A stretch of 64,000 nucleotides of DNA from a virus. Positions 1-10,827 of this stretch are shown piece after piece. The notes under the pieces were generated by a model. The model was not told the origin of the DNA. It searched no databases and was given only the letters and a program-made list of their open reading frames with translations. The stretch spans positions 9,680-73,679 of the IMG/VR virus record IMGVR_UViG_3300017598_000441. One strand, written 5' to 3'. The position numbers were made by a program, and so were the translations under genes. Position 1 is the first letter of the stretch. Every line of letters starts with the position of its first letter.

Positions 1-11
1 TAGATAATGAG

Positions 12-425
12 ATGAGGAAGGCTCAAATGCTAAGTCTCAAAAGATTTGGGTTAAAAGCAGAGGCTATAGCAAAAACTCATATAAGCAGACAGGATTTAAA
101 CTGGCAAGAATTAACTCCAGAGTATTTGGAGAAGAAAGTACGAGAAGGAAAAAGTGAAAATATTCTAGTAGCAACAAGTAGCTATTTCCAGTCTATAACT
201 ACTTATGTACTTGTAGATACAGTATATTCTGGAGTTACTAGAAAAGCTATAAATAAAGATGGTAAAATAATTGCAGATATAGCAAAAGTCCATGAGTACG
301 GCTCCAAATCGGGAGGGATACCTGCAAGGCCTTTATGGAAGCCTACTTTGCAAGAGGTAATGCTATGGCACGCAAAGGTGAATACTCCAGAAATGTATTT
401 TATGAAAGCTATTAAAAAGTACTGA
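12..425 (+). CDS. Neck/tail-completion (virion morphogenesis) protein; may begin upstream of the window
   Basis: HEYG...GIPARPLWKP motif typical of phage virion morphogenesis proteins; upstream of the sheath gene. Confidence 0.65.
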   Translation: MRKAQMLSLKRFGLKAEAIAKTHISRQDLNWQELTPEYLEKKVREGKSENILVATSSYFQSITTYVLVDTVYSGVTRKAINKDGKIIADIAKVHEYGSKSGGIPARPLWKPTLQEVMLWHAKVNTPEMYFMKAIKKY

Positions 426-1096
426 TGAAATTACAAGAGATAGATAGGTCAATATTTGAAAAGTTGCGTAAGGTATTGGTAGAAGCAGGATTACTCCCAG
501 ATATTACCTTATATGCCACCCCAGAGGAGTATAATGCAGCTAAAGATATACTTAGGGAGACCCTACCAGATAAACAACTTATAGAGATAGTGAGTATAGG
601 AAGTTCCTACGACAGGGGGGATAAGACCTCCGCAAAGATTATAATTGACAGGAAAAGGGAATCAGATGGGAGTATAGGGGCTTTTGGGGTAACAGAGTAC
701 GAGGCATATACAGAGTCTGGAGAGGATAAATTTAGAAAAGTGAAATACCCCTACTCAACAAAAGACGTGTATTATGAGATAAGGTTTATTTGTCAATCTA
801 CAGTAAAGGAAAGAATACTATTCGGTCTTTTCAACAAATCTTTAGGAAATATGCTGTTGCATCAAGGTCTAAATGAATTTGCACAGAACACCGAAGATTG
901 TTTTCTACTAAAAAGGGACACTTTAGTAAATACAAGTGCTGTAGATAACGTAATAGAGTGGATGTATGGATATACTGCCAAAGATGTATGGGTAGAAGAT
1001 AAATCTGTGTTACTTGAAGGTATAGTCCCACTTAACACATTTGAGTTTGATTTAAAACCTTTAACGGAGACAGAATTTAATACTCAGTTTCCTTAG
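425..1096 (+). CDS. Putative tail terminator/completion protein
   Basis: Position between neck and sheath genes; overlapping stop/start. Confidence 0.45.
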   Translation: MKLQEIDRSIFEKLRKVLVEAGLLPDITLYATPEEYNAAKDILRETLPDKQLIEIVSIGSSYDRGDKTSAKIIIDRKRESDGSIGAFGVTEYEAYTESGEDKFRKVKYPYSTKDVYYEIRFICQSTVKERILFGLFNKSLGNMLLHQGLNEFAQNTEDCFLLKRDTLVNTSAVDNVIEWMYGYTAKDVWVEDKSVLLEGIVPLNTFEFDLKPLTETEFNTQFP

Positions 1097-1102
1097 AATT
1101 AT

Positions 1103-1134
1103 TTTTGTTTTAGAAGTAAAAAGTATTATTTTTG
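1103..1134 (+). promoter_or_regulatory. Bacteroidota-type promoter upstream of the sheath gene
   Basis: TTTG ... TATTTTTG matching -33 TTTG / -7 TAnnTTTG. Confidence 0.45.
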
Positions 1135-1151
1135 TTAAAAATTGAAAAATT

Positions 1152-2720
1152 ATGGAATATCAAGGTAGAGCCAGAGTAGAAGTAAACATAGATGATAAAT
1201 CTGTACTCCTTCAAGGGGGTAAACTAGGTAAAGCCGCCGTGCTTATCGAAGCAGAGAGAGGTGAGTTTAGTAAGCCTAGAACTGTACGAACTTGGGCAGA
1301 GTATAAAAAATATTATGGAGGACTAGGGAAAGACTGGAAAACTCCAAACGCAACTTTATCTCCATACTTGGTAAAGAGAGCTTTAGAAGCAGGGGCAACT
1401 TTAGAAGTATCCAGAGTTGAACACTATACCGATATAGCAGATACTGCTACTGGTACAAGTGTAAAACCTACAGCAACTATAGCAGCAGTAGAATTTACTG
1501 GAGCCACAGCAGGAGATTATTCTATTGAGGTATCTGTAGTAGCAGCTGCAAATGGGGTAGCAGATGAGTATGATATTACCGCCAAACTTGCAGGCTATCC
1601 AGAGTTGGATTCAGCCTTACAAATATCAAATGTGCCAGAAGTGGTAGATGCTACTGTAGCTGCAAACTTCTTGGCAGTAATGAAATATGTAGAAATAGGT
1701 ACAGGTACAATAAACTTAGCTACAGTACCAGTTTCAGCACCTCTTATAGGAGGTTCGTATGATAGTGGTAACTTAGTAGATGATGATTTTGTAGGAAGTG
1801 CCACAGCAGCTACAGGAATCCACGCTTTCGACCCAGTACGTGATATATGGAGAATAGCTATCCCTCACAAATCTGTTCCAGTTATTGATATTGCTTTAGC
1901 AGACTATGCTAAAATGAGACAAGACCTACGTGCTATTTTAAGAACACCCACAGGGATAAATGGTGCAGGTGCAATAGATTATAGAAATGGTACAGGTATC
2001 TACTCACATACTGCTATTGATACACATTTTGCCTCTATGTTTACAGGAGGTCTCCAGATAAAAAATGCAGTAACAGGTGTTGTTGAAGATATTCCAGAAA
2101 CGGCAGATATTTTAGGTTTAAAGGCTTTTAGAGACAACAAAAACAATTTTGAGTATAAGCCTTGGTTTGCATCAGCAGGACCAAAATACCCAATATTAAA
2201 TGCCGTAGGTGTAGCTTATGAGTTCTCAACTCCCGCAAGAGCGTTGGAGTATGACGATGTAGCTAATGTGGGTATTAATACAGTTATCAATGACCCAGAT
2301 TTCGGGATTGTACCAAATGATAACAATACTCTACAGGTTAAGGATACCTTACTGAGCCACGAGAATGTATCGGAGCTTATGGTATATATGTTGAGAAACA
2401 TTAAAATACTTGCAAAGAGCGAACAATTCAACCCGAATGATATTGATACTTGGAAAGCTATCCACAGAAAGATAACTCCATTTTTAGATGGATTAGTTAC
2501 AGGGAGAGCAATATGGGAAGGGTATTTATACCAAGGAGACCAAGACATTGATTTTATCGAAGATGCTGTAGTAAATACTCCAGAGGGAATAGATGCAGGT
2601 GGATATACTGCGAACATCTATGTAAAACCTAAGGTTGCACTTAAATACATAGGAATAAACATCGTAGTTACAAACTCTGGTGTGAACTTAACAGAACTTG
2701 CTGAACAGCTTGTATCTTAA
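1152..2720 (+). CDS. Contractile tail sheath protein
   Basis: 522 aa; sheath motifs (RGEFSKP, W.EY.KYYG, PWFASAG, C-terminal F.PND..TW...I..FL..L...RAI). Confidence 0.92.
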   Translation: MEYQGRARVEVNIDDKSVLLQGGKLGKAAVLIEAERGEFSKPRTVRTWAEYKKYYGGLGKDWKTPNATLSPYLVKRALEAGATLEVSRVEHYTDIADTATGTSVKPTATIAAVEFTGATAGDYSIEVSVVAAANGVADEYDITAKLAGYPELDSALQISNVPEVVDATVAANFLAVMKYVEIGTGTINLATVPVSAPLIGGSYDSGNLVDDDFVGSATAATGIHAFDPVRDIWRIAIPHKSVPVIDIALADYAKMRQDLRAILRTPTGINGAGAIDYRNGTGIYSHTAIDTHFASMFTGGLQIKNAVTGVVEDIPETADILGLKAFRDNKNNFEYKPWFASAGPKYPILNAVGVAYEFSTPARALEYDDVANVGINTVINDPDFGIVPNDNNTLQVKDTLLSHENVSELMVYMLRNIKILAKSEQFNPNDIDTWKAIHRKITPFLDGLVTGRAIWEGYLYQGDQDIDFIEDAVVNTPEGIDAGGYTANIYVKPKVALKYIGINIVVTNSGVNLTELAEQLVS

Positions 2721-2744
2721 TACTAACTTTAAAATTTATACAAA

Positions 2745-3182
2745 ATGGCAGGATTTGCAAACCCAATAAGAGCATACCGATTTAGAGTAGAGATAGCGGG
2801 AAAAGACCAGTGGGCAATTCAAGAGGTAGAACCACCAGAGGTAGGTTTATCTGTTATTGCACATGGAGGAGGAGACCGAGACATCAAAACAGCCTCTAAG
2901 AAAACAATAGGAAACGCAACTTTGAAATATCTAAAAGGACTGGAAGACAAAGAACTTTTCGGCACTTTATGGATAGAACAATGTTTGAAAGGCTTACCCT
3001 CAGCCTACAAAAGGAATATTGTAGTAAAAGAATTAGCCAATGATGGAATAACTACTATCAATACGCAAGTATGGGTAGGATGTTTTCCAGTAAGAAAGCA
3101 AAGAAATACTCACAATAGACTTGCGGATGAAAACGTGATAGAAGAACTTGAACTTAGCGTTGATGAGGTAATAGAATACTAA
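2745..3182 (+). CDS. Tail tube protein (T4 gp19-like)
   Basis: NP.R.YRFRVEI N-terminus, W..CFP, IEELELSVD C-terminus; follows the sheath. Confidence 0.9.
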   Translation: MAGFANPIRAYRFRVEIAGKDQWAIQEVEPPEVGLSVIAHGGGDRDIKTASKKTIGNATLKYLKGLEDKELFGTLWIEQCLKGLPSAYKRNIVVKELANDGITTINTQVWVGCFPVRKQRNTHNRLADENVIEELELSVDEVIEY

Positions 3183-3199
3183 ATTATTAAAGAGATACC

Positions 3200-5875
3200 A
3201 TGAAGGATATTTTCAATTACTTGATAAAAGGAGTTTCCGATATTTTAAAATTAGGAAAAGACGGAGGTTTTCTAAAGTGGGTTTCTGGAAAATTTACATT
3301 TACAACCTCAGACGGAAGTACTCTAGCACCTATAAAACTAGGTGCTAGTACTAAGGTAGATGAAGCAGTTACCAGAGAAGAACTCAATAAAAAGGGTTCT
3401 ATCTCTGTTTATGGGCTATTCGATGGAGCTACCCCACCTGTTCCGTCTTCTGGGATATTATACTACTGCGATAAATCTGGACTAAGTTTTACGGAGGGTA
3501 ATATTTATATAGGTAGAGATACTGACTATGTAATATGGACACCCCTAAATGGGCAGTCTATCACATTTGCAGAGGAACTTACCCTAACAAATTCTATCCA
3601 AAAGAGTGGGGAGCTTACTATGTACCCTTACTTGATTTACATATTTGATTCAAATGATGGCAAGTATTACGAGAGTGCATCCCTAAAATTAGGAGTATCT
3701 AGTGCAGATACTACTGCAGATTTCTTAGAGAATAAACTAGAAAACTACTCTGGAATAGTTTTAGAGAAGGTTAATGCTGCAGGTAACGAAAAACTGAAAG
3801 CTAGACTTATAGACAGCTACCTAACCCAAGCTAGTACAGGACTGCACACAGGAGCAGAATTAACTGTAGGAGGTACAGCAGGTACATTTAGTATATCCTC
3901 GGGAAAAGGTTTCTGGATAGATGCGAATACGGACTTTGCATTAATTAAAGATAACTTGCAAGAGGTTATCATAGAAGAGGACTTAGACATAGCTATAACC
4001 AACTTAGGCACACATAACACGACTTATGTTATGGTAAGTAAGACTGGAGTAACTATTCAAATTACAACCTACCCTACCCCTAACCAAAGGAGAGATAATA
4101 TTTTCTTAGGTGCAGTATTCCATGCAGATAATACAAACGTAGATAAGGTAACAAACCTACCCAACGTAGCTGTAGATAATACAGCACAGGTGGGGGATAT
4201 TATGCAAGCATTAGGCGTATTTAATCTACAAGGTAATGTAGTGAAACCTAACGGAGCAAATCTGAGCTTGAATAAAACATCTGGGGAGGTCTTTAGCCAA
4301 GGCGTAAATTTCCACACGGATAACACTAAACCAAACAGCGTAGAAACCCCCGAAGATTTAGGATTTACATTTAGGTACATAAACTTAGATGGTACTGTAG
4401 GCTCAGATGTAACAGTATTAGACCCTACTACTTGGGATGATGGAGGAACAACTACTGCAATAGTAGGAACTGCAAAAACCACAGTGGTTAGAGTATTTCT
4501 GTTACCAGATAATTCAATAAGAGTTCAGAGAGGTCAAAAGATATACGACAACAGGACAGATGCCTTGATTGAGATTAATAATGGAGATTTTGTAACCGCC
4601 CCAGTCCTACAGAATAACGCAGTATTATTATGCTCTATAGTGTTAAGGTCTGGAGCAACAGATTTAACTCAAACCTCAGATGCCTTATTCTTAAAAGCAT
4701 CTAAACTAGGTGAGCTAAATGGTGTAGATTCCAATGTTTCGGAACCTGTAAGAACAGATTTCCAGAGAATAACATCTGGACAGGAGTTAGATGATTTTTT
4801 CCCGAATGTTTCTGGAGTTATAACACTCACAAAAAACGTGGAAATAGAAGGTACAATAACCACACCACACCAAGTAGATATAAATGGTTTTTATTACATA
4901 GGAAAACAAGCTTTTACAGACATTCATAACTACTCGGGAACTTCTGATGCTTTTATTGGAGGTAATGGAGGAACAGTAAAGCTTCTTACCTTAGTGGCCG
5001 CAGGAGTAGGTGCAAAACTCTTCAATTTAGATGATACAGCCAATAACAAGAATTTTGTACTTAGGGAGGTTATTCTGGCAAACAACACGGATATAGGCAA
5101 ACTAAAAGGATTTTATTTAGTAGCACTAGATATAATAAATTGCCAAAATAATACAGAAGGTATTGAATACGAAGATATTGAACACCTATACGCCCAGAAC
5201 ATTTTTTGGAGTTCTACCAATACTGGAACTTTAGAGACTTACACAGGGGATTTTGAGGTAATTCAGAATATAGGGGGTCAGTATGATGTAAGTTCTGGAG
5301 TTACTGGGGTGGACGTTACTGGGATTACTTCCATAGACTCTGGCGAGATATTAAGTTCTCCGTTCCTAGGAGATGGTACTTATACAGTAGGGACGTTTGA
5401 GGTAGAATGGCTAGTTAATTGTGGTGGTATAAAATTACAAGGAGACCAATTCTCAAAAGCTTATTTATCCTATGCAAACGGCACTACAAATACCAACCTT
5501 ACAGTAAATGTATGGGAATACTTTGAAATGCCTACAGCGACCTTAGACTCCCAGACATCACATAGATTTGGGCAGCTAACCTTATTTCCAGATACTTTAG
5601 TCTATCTAGGCAAACATACTATAAGTAAAGGTATAGTAATGACTACAGGATTAAGAAAGTTAGGAGGTGGTACAAATACCTACCAGATGCGTATAGTCAA
5701 AAACGGTCTAGCAGTAGGTGCAGAAAAGCAGTTTGAGTTAGGAAATACTGATGGCTCAATTACGCTGACTTCTGTTATAGAGTTTGAGACAGACGACCAG
5801 ATATGGTTAGAGATTAGGAACATAACAGACAATGACGATGTAAGACTACTAAGTTGTAACATATCCGTAATATAA
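3200..5875 (+). CDS. Large fibre-like virion protein
   Basis: 891 aa, Gly/Thr/Asp-rich, beta-rich appearance; inside the tail module. Confidence 0.55.
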   Translation: MKDIFNYLIKGVSDILKLGKDGGFLKWVSGKFTFTTSDGSTLAPIKLGASTKVDEAVTREELNKKGSISVYGLFDGATPPVPSSGILYYCDKSGLSFTEGNIYIGRDTDYVIWTPLNGQSITFAEELTLTNSIQKSGELTMYPYLIYIFDSNDGKYYESASLKLGVSSADTTADFLENKLENYSGIVLEKVNAAGNEKLKARLIDSYLTQASTGLHTGAELTVGGTAGTFSISSGKGFWIDANTDFALIKDNLQEVIIEEDLDIAITNLGTHNTTYVMVSKTGVTIQITTYPTPNQRRDNIFLGAVFHADNTNVDKVTNLPNVAVDNTAQVGDIMQALGVFNLQGNVVKPNGANLSLNKTSGEVFSQGVNFHTDNTKPNSVETPEDLGFTFRYINLDGTVGSDVTVLDPTTWDDGGTTTAIVGTAKTTVVRVFLLPDNSIRVQRGQKIYDNRTDALIEINNGDFVTAPVLQNNAVLLCSIVLRSGATDLTQTSDALFLKASKLGELNGVDSNVSEPVRTDFQRITSGQELDDFFPNVSGVITLTKNVEIEGTITTPHQVDINGFYYIGKQAFTDIHNYSGTSDAFIGGNGGTVKLLTLVAAGVGAKLFNLDDTANNKNFVLREVILANNTDIGKLKGFYLVALDIINCQNNTEGIEYEDIEHLYAQNIFWSSTNTGTLETYTGDFEVIQNIGGQYDVSSGVTGVDVTGITSIDSGEILSSPFLGDGTYTVGTFEVEWLVNCGGIKLQGDQFSKAYLSYANGTTNTNLTVNVWEYFEMPTATLDSQTSHRFGQLTLFPDTLVYLGKHTISKGIVMTTGLRKLGGGTNTYQMRIVKNGLAVGAEKQFELGNTDGSITLTSVIEFETDDQIWLEIRNITDNDDVRLLSCNISVI

Positions 5876-5882
5876 TATAGCG

Positions 5883-6428
5883 ATGAAACTACAGATAAAA
5901 AATAGTTCGATTGTATCAGATAAAGATACTTTAAACAATGTTGAAAACCCTACTCACGGAGATACTTATTTTGTAACCTCCGAAGGTGTAGTTTATTCGT
6001 ACTACAATACCCAAAAAAACGCACAGGAAGGAGTTTGGGTCAGAGATAAGGATGCGATAATATATGAAAAGGTAAGTGTTATTTCTGCAGAAAATACAGA
6101 AGTTACCCAATACTATCCAAATGTTTCCTTGGATATAAAAGAGGAAATAAAGCGGGTATACAATCAATATGCTTTAGATGGGAAAGATTATGATGCAGAG
6201 ATAAGAGCAGACTTTGTGTATTTATATAAAACTGGGGTACTTACTGCAATAGAAGTTTTTGCTATAGAGGAAAAACTAAAGGAGACTAGAACCCAAGTAG
6301 GAAATGGTGACTGGATGACAGCCACCAACACTATAGAGTCCGTGACAGTAGGAGATGGACTATCACAAGATATGTATGATAGTATTAAAAGCTACATACA
6401 AAACTATGTTAGCGAAAATTACACATAG
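5883..6428 (+). CDS. Hypothetical protein, possibly fibre-associated
   Basis: ORF directly after the fibre-like gene. Confidence 0.45.
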   Translation: MKLQIKNSSIVSDKDTLNNVENPTHGDTYFVTSEGVVYSYYNTQKNAQEGVWVRDKDAIIYEKVSVISAENTEVTQYYPNVSLDIKEEIKRVYNQYALDGKDYDAEIRADFVYLYKTGVLTAIEVFAIEEKLKETRTQVGNGDWMTATNTIESVTVGDGLSQDMYDSIKSYIQNYVSENYT

Positions 6429-6452
6429 GTTAAAAATCTTTTTTCTTTTGTC

Positions 6453-6489
6453 AAAAGAGGGTTGTTCTTTATATGTTCAACTCTCTTTT
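6453..6489 (+). terminator. Probable intrinsic terminator
   Basis: Inverted repeat AAAAGAGGGTTG ... CAACTCTCTTTT. Confidence 0.5.
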
Positions 6490-6552
6490 CTTGTTATATA
6501 CGCAAAAAATTACTACATTTGTACTTTAAACACATAACTAAAGAAAAAAGAC

Positions 6553-7359
6553 ATGACAGAGAAAATCACATTGGCTTCTGGAGTACCCTGTACTGTAGGA
6601 GAGCTAACAGGTAAACATCAAAGGATACTTACCAGAAATGGAGGTGAAGATGTTGTTGGAAATTTAAGTGAAATACTACTTGATGTAATAAAGGAATTAG
6701 GTAGTATAAAAGTAGTATCTGAGGAGGATATAAAAAACCTACTAAACCCAGATAGAAAAAAAATCCTAATCACAGCTAGAGATTTAGCTGTAAGAGGTAC
6801 AAAATATGCAGAATCATTCACTTACGAATTTGAGTACAGCTCTAAAAAAACTGGGAAGAAGGAGACATATCCTTATGAAGTATCCCTAAAAGATGGATTC
6901 CCAGAAACTCCGATGCAAGAAGTGGTGGCAGGTGAACTAAAACCTGTAAAGTACAGAACCTACAAAGAGGTAAATGTAGCCAAAGTAGTGACAATAGTAT
7001 TACCTAGGTCAAAGAAGGTGGTAGAATATACAATGTTAGATGGGTATGGTCAAGAACTTGCTGCAGGAACAAAAGAAGAGAACATGAGTACCCACACCCC
7101 TATTTTGATGAGAAACCCCAAGGAAATATTGACTACAGGTTCTGAGGAGGGTAAATCACAAAAAACTCCAATACTACTTGATAATAGAGGACTAGACAAT
7201 TTGGGTTTAGTTGATATTGAGTTTCTGAGGGAGGATATTAAAAAGAGAGAGGGTAGAGTAGATACCGAGGTACAATTTAAACATCCAGAGCTAGATAAAT
7301 TTGAAACTTTCGATGTGACAACAAGTTTAGCTTTTTTCTTCCTCTCGGGTTCAATTTAG
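6553..7359 (+). CDS. Tail assembly chaperone (T4 gp26-like or gpG-like)
   Basis: Immediately upstream of the tape measure gene; ends in FFFLSGSI over a slippery site; TACATTTG promoter element at 6514-6521. Confidence 0.7.
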   Translation: MTEKITLASGVPCTVGELTGKHQRILTRNGGEDVVGNLSEILLDVIKELGSIKVVSEEDIKNLLNPDRKKILITARDLAVRGTKYAESFTYEFEYSSKKTGKKETYPYEVSLKDGFPETPMQEVVAGELKPVKYRTYKEVNVAKVVTIVLPRSKKVVEYTMLDGYGQELAAGTKEENMSTHTPILMRNPKEILTTGSEEGKSQKTPILLDNRGLDNLGLVDIEFLREDIKKREGRVDTEVQFKHPELDKFETFDVTTSLAFFFLSGSI

Positions 7360-7517
7360 ATGCCGACTACTTCTATTTATCTTATGGAGGTTTAGGTTTG
7401 ACACTCGCAGAGTTTGATGAACTTTCCTATAGCAGAAGAGTAGGATTCATTGAAATGATGGAAAAAGCCAAACAGATTGAAAATAATACAATACAAGAAA
7501 ATAACAAAACAAGGTAA
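7332..7517 (+). CDS. -1 frameshift extension of the tail assembly chaperone (gpGT-like)
   Basis: T TTT TTC heptamer at 7332-7338; -1 frame stays open to TAA at 7515-7517 (FFLPLGFNLDADYFYLSYGGLGLTLAEFDELSYSRRVGFIEMMEK...). Confidence 0.75.
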   Translation, partial: FFLPLGFNLDADYFYLSYGGLGLTLAEFDELSYSRRVGFIEMMEKAKQIENNTIQENNKTR

Positions 7518-7523
7518 TTAGCT

Positions 7524-10175
7524 ATGAGTCAATTCGGTTCATTTTCTGGAGGAGGTTTAGGAATGGGTGTTGCGTTTAAATTGCAAGACCAATTTACTGC
7601 TACGTCTAGGAAAATCCAGACCGAGATGGGTATGCTATCTAAACAGACAGATAAAATATCCTCAAAAATAGCTTCAAGTAAAAAACTTATGATGGCAGGG
7701 GGTTCTGCTATGGCTGCTGGACTCGTGCTTGCAGCCCCCTTCATCATAGGTGTTAAAAAGAGTGCGGAGTTTAATGCGGCGATGTCTGATGTATTCGCAA
7801 AATCCAGAACAGAGGATGCAAAACTACAAGCTGCATTAAAATCCTCTGCAATACAACTAGGTACAGCCACTAAGTTTACAGCCACCGAGGCCGCTAAAGG
7901 TATGGGATTCCTAGCTATGGCAGGATTTAATGCTAGACAACAAATAGAGGCAATGCCAGGCCTTCTTAGTTTGGCAGCCGCAGGAAATACAGACTTAGCC
8001 ACAACCGCAGATATTGTATCAGATTCCATGACAGCTATGGGATTAAAAGCTACAGATGTACAGATGATGGCTGATAACATGGCGGCTACAGTAACACGTT
8101 CCAACACCGATATTATACAAATGGGGGAGGCAATGAAATATGCTTCCGCTTCTGCAAAAACTGCAGGTATTGACTTTGCTCAGTTCCAAGGAATGATAGG
8201 AATGGTGGGGGATATTGGTATCAAAGGCTCTATGGCAGGTACAGGTCTGGCACAAATGATTGCTAAGATGGGTGAAATGGTTACTAAATCTGAGAAACTA
8301 GATGTATTGAAGAGTATAGGTATAGAGAAAAACCAACTCTTAGATGCTAAAGGTAACTTCAAGGATATTACAGAAACTATACCCCTACTTGCAAAACATA
8401 TCAAAGCCATAGGTGATGGAACCCTTACTGAGGTAATAGGAAAGGATAAGATGGGCAAGGAGATAAAAGGTAATGCTGAACAGTTAATGATTGCCAGTAA
8501 ACTATTTGGTATCCGTGGAGGAAAAGCCTTTGCCGCATTTACAACCGAAGCAGGAAAAGATTTTAAGAAATTTGTAAAAACAATAAGAGAGGATACAGGG
8601 GCTGCAGATAAGATTGCCAACAAAATGCTAGATAATCTTGCAGGAGACTTCACAAAACTATCTAGTATAATAGATACTACTTTCATAAATCTGGGAGATT
8701 CTATAGAAAATTCTTTAAGACCTGTAACGAAGATTATTACCAATATGGTAGCAGGTTTCAATAAATTTATTCAAACAAAGGCAGGCAAATTTATCTTAAA
8801 AGTTACCGCAGCTTTATCAGCTTTACTTATAGTGGGTGGAGGTATAACTCTACTTATAGGAGCAATGAAGTTTGCGTTCTTTTCCCTAGCACCTGCAATT
8901 TGGGCTGCAGTAGCACCTATCCTACCCTTTGTTGCATTAATTGCAGCTATTGCAGCAGGATTTTGGCTCATGTACGAAGCAGTACAATCTGGAAGTAAGG
9001 CTATGGCAATATTTGGTACAATACTGATAACGGCTGTCTTAGGACCTATAGGGGGAGCTTTGGTGGTGGTTTTTGGAATGTTTATGAAACTCCGAAAATC
9101 CATAGGTGAGTTTAACAGAAAGACAGTAGATGAACTGGGCAAGAAAGGTGGGATAGCAGGCTTTTTTGAGAAGCTTGCAGGATTAGCTGTAGGTTTCAAG
9201 GCTGTAATATCTAGTATCTTTGGTTCCGATGGTAAAATGAAATTATCCATAGAATTAGAGAATAAGCTAGAAAAACTAGGTTTACTAGATACCGTGAAAA
9301 ACTTTGGTACTTGGGTCATCCGAATAAAGGAGTTAATGAAAGGGGTGAAAGAAGTTTTTGTGGCTACATGGAAATCCGTTAGAAAAACAATATCAAGCAC
9401 TGCTAAATGGTTGGCATCAAAGTTCAAGAGTATGGGCGGACCTTTTAAAAAATGGGGCTTACTCATATCGAAAAATACTTCTAAACTAGAGGACTGGAAG
9501 AAGATGGGTAAATTGTTAGGAAAAACAATGGTATTCATTTTAGGTGGGATAGCAGCTGCGTTTGTGGCGGTAGGAATAGTTGTAGCCGCAATCGTTGCTC
9601 CTATAGTGTTAGCTATGGTAGCCATAGGAGCAGCGATATATGCAAGCTACAAAATAGCCAAAGTAGTAGCTGATGGTATTGTGTTTGCTTGGAGAGCAGT
9701 AATATCTATATTTAACTCATTATACAGAAATATTTCCGAAGGGTTTGTAGAGGCATTTAGTTTTATACTAAATGTACATGAAAAGGCTTTTGATGCGGGG
9801 GTTAGTTTTGTTACTAATTTATGGGCAGGAATAAAAAGTATGTGGGGGCAGTTTACAGGGTGGCTAAGTGATAGTTGGGGAAGTATAGTGAATGGATTAG
9901 GTCTAGGAGGTGTATTTGGCACAGAAGAATCTGCACCAGAGATTAATGATGGAAGCAGTACAAACGACATAATCAAACCTTTTACTACCCCAGACAGAAA
10001 TGACACGTTAGCACAGCAGAACGCCAACAGATTTATTGTACCTTCTCCTACCGTGCTGAATAATAATACCAATTCGGAGAAGTTAATACAGCCTATAATA
10101 ACCTTGGACGGAGAGCAGATAGGAGCACACATGAATGGGAGAAATGCAATAGAAAACAGTAGAAACTCATATTAG
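7524..10175 (+). CDS. Tail tape measure protein (TP901-family core)
   Basis: TKFTATEAA..M.FLAMAGF and GIKGSMAGT motifs; Ala/Gly-rich with hydrophobic segments. Confidence 0.95.
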   Translation: MSQFGSFSGGGLGMGVAFKLQDQFTATSRKIQTEMGMLSKQTDKISSKIASSKKLMMAGGSAMAAGLVLAAPFIIGVKKSAEFNAAMSDVFAKSRTEDAKLQAALKSSAIQLGTATKFTATEAAKGMGFLAMAGFNARQQIEAMPGLLSLAAAGNTDLATTADIVSDSMTAMGLKATDVQMMADNMAATVTRSNTDIIQMGEAMKYASASAKTAGIDFAQFQGMIGMVGDIGIKGSMAGTGLAQMIAKMGEMVTKSEKLDVLKSIGIEKNQLLDAKGNFKDITETIPLLAKHIKAIGDGTLTEVIGKDKMGKEIKGNAEQLMIASKLFGIRGGKAFAAFTTEAGKDFKKFVKTIREDTGAADKIANKMLDNLAGDFTKLSSIIDTTFINLGDSIENSLRPVTKIITNMVAGFNKFIQTKAGKFILKVTAALSALLIVGGGITLLIGAMKFAFFSLAPAIWAAVAPILPFVALIAAIAAGFWLMYEAVQSGSKAMAIFGTILITAVLGPIGGALVVVFGMFMKLRKSIGEFNRKTVDELGKKGGIAGFFEKLAGLAVGFKAVISSIFGSDGKMKLSIELENKLEKLGLLDTVKNFGTWVIRIKELMKGVKEVFVATWKSVRKTISSTAKWLASKFKSMGGPFKKWGLLISKNTSKLEDWKKMGKLLGKTMVFILGGIAAAFVAVGIVVAAIVAPIVLAMVAIGAAIYASYKIAKVVADGIVFAWRAVISIFNSLYRNISEGFVEAFSFILNVHEKAFDAGVSFVTNLWAGIKSMWGQFTGWLSDSWGSIVNGLGLGGVFGTEESAPEINDGSSTNDIIKPFTTPDRNDTLAQQNANRFIVPSPTVLNNNTNSEKLIQPIITLDGEQIGAHMNGRNAIENSRNSY

Positions 10176-10176
10176 T

Positions 10177-10827
10177 ATGCCAGATATATACAACGCTTTA
10201 GTGACAGCAATTACCAATAAGATTCACAGTAAGAATCTGGAAGATACATCTGGGTACACTAATGAGGTGCAGACTGCAGGGAATATGATTTATATAATAA
10301 TTCATAGCCCAGACAAGTACGACACTATAAACTTTCAATTCATACCTAACGAGCTGATGTATGACAGGAAAGTGAATGTACAACCTGTTAGTCCAGTATC
10401 CAGAAATTTACCCTACTATCACTATGCAGGAGGGGAAACTACTATGAAACTTAGACTTGATATTGTGGCAGAGCAGGAGAATAGAGCTGATGTCATAAAT
10501 AAAGTAAGGAGAGTGGAGGCACTAGGATATTCAGATGGGTATGAGAAAAAGAAGCCTAGGGTATCTATAGTTTGGGGTAGTATGTTCCGAGGGGAATTGT
10601 GGGAAGTAGGCAACGTAAAAATAAAGTTACAGGATTTCAAACCTAGTTATGGATATTTGCCTCAGCAAGCTTATGTAGACATAGACTTAATGTTAGTATC
10701 CGATAAGAATCTGAGATGGTCAGATATTACTGAGGAGATAATAAGCCCAGTTGTTACAGGTACAGATTTCCCAGACTCTACACAGAAAACTAAATCAATA
10801 AACGATGGAACAGATTCCGAGAAATAA
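10177..10827 (+). CDS. Tail tube initiator/baseplate protein
   Basis: FQFIP..L...R and P.V.IVWG motifs; follows the tape measure gene. Confidence 0.7.
   Translation: MPDIYNALVTAITNKIHSKNLEDTSGYTNEVQTAGNMIYIIIHSPDKYDTINFQFIPNELMYDRKVNVQPVSPVSRNLPYYHYAGGETTMKLRLDIVAEQENRADVINKVRRVEALGYSDGYEKKKPRVSIVWGSMFRGELWEVGNVKIKLQDFKPSYGYLPQQAYVDIDLMLVSDKNLRWSDITEEIISPVVTGTDFPDSTQKTKSINDGTDSEK

Noticed and set aside
6355-6537. 60-aa + strand ORF
   Set aside because: Overlaps the upstream gene and runs through a terminator and a promoter
7529-10132. Long minus-strand ORFs antisense to the tape measure gene, and similar ones elsewhere
   Set aside because: Shadow ORFs of + strand codon bias; no motifs, promoters or independent start context
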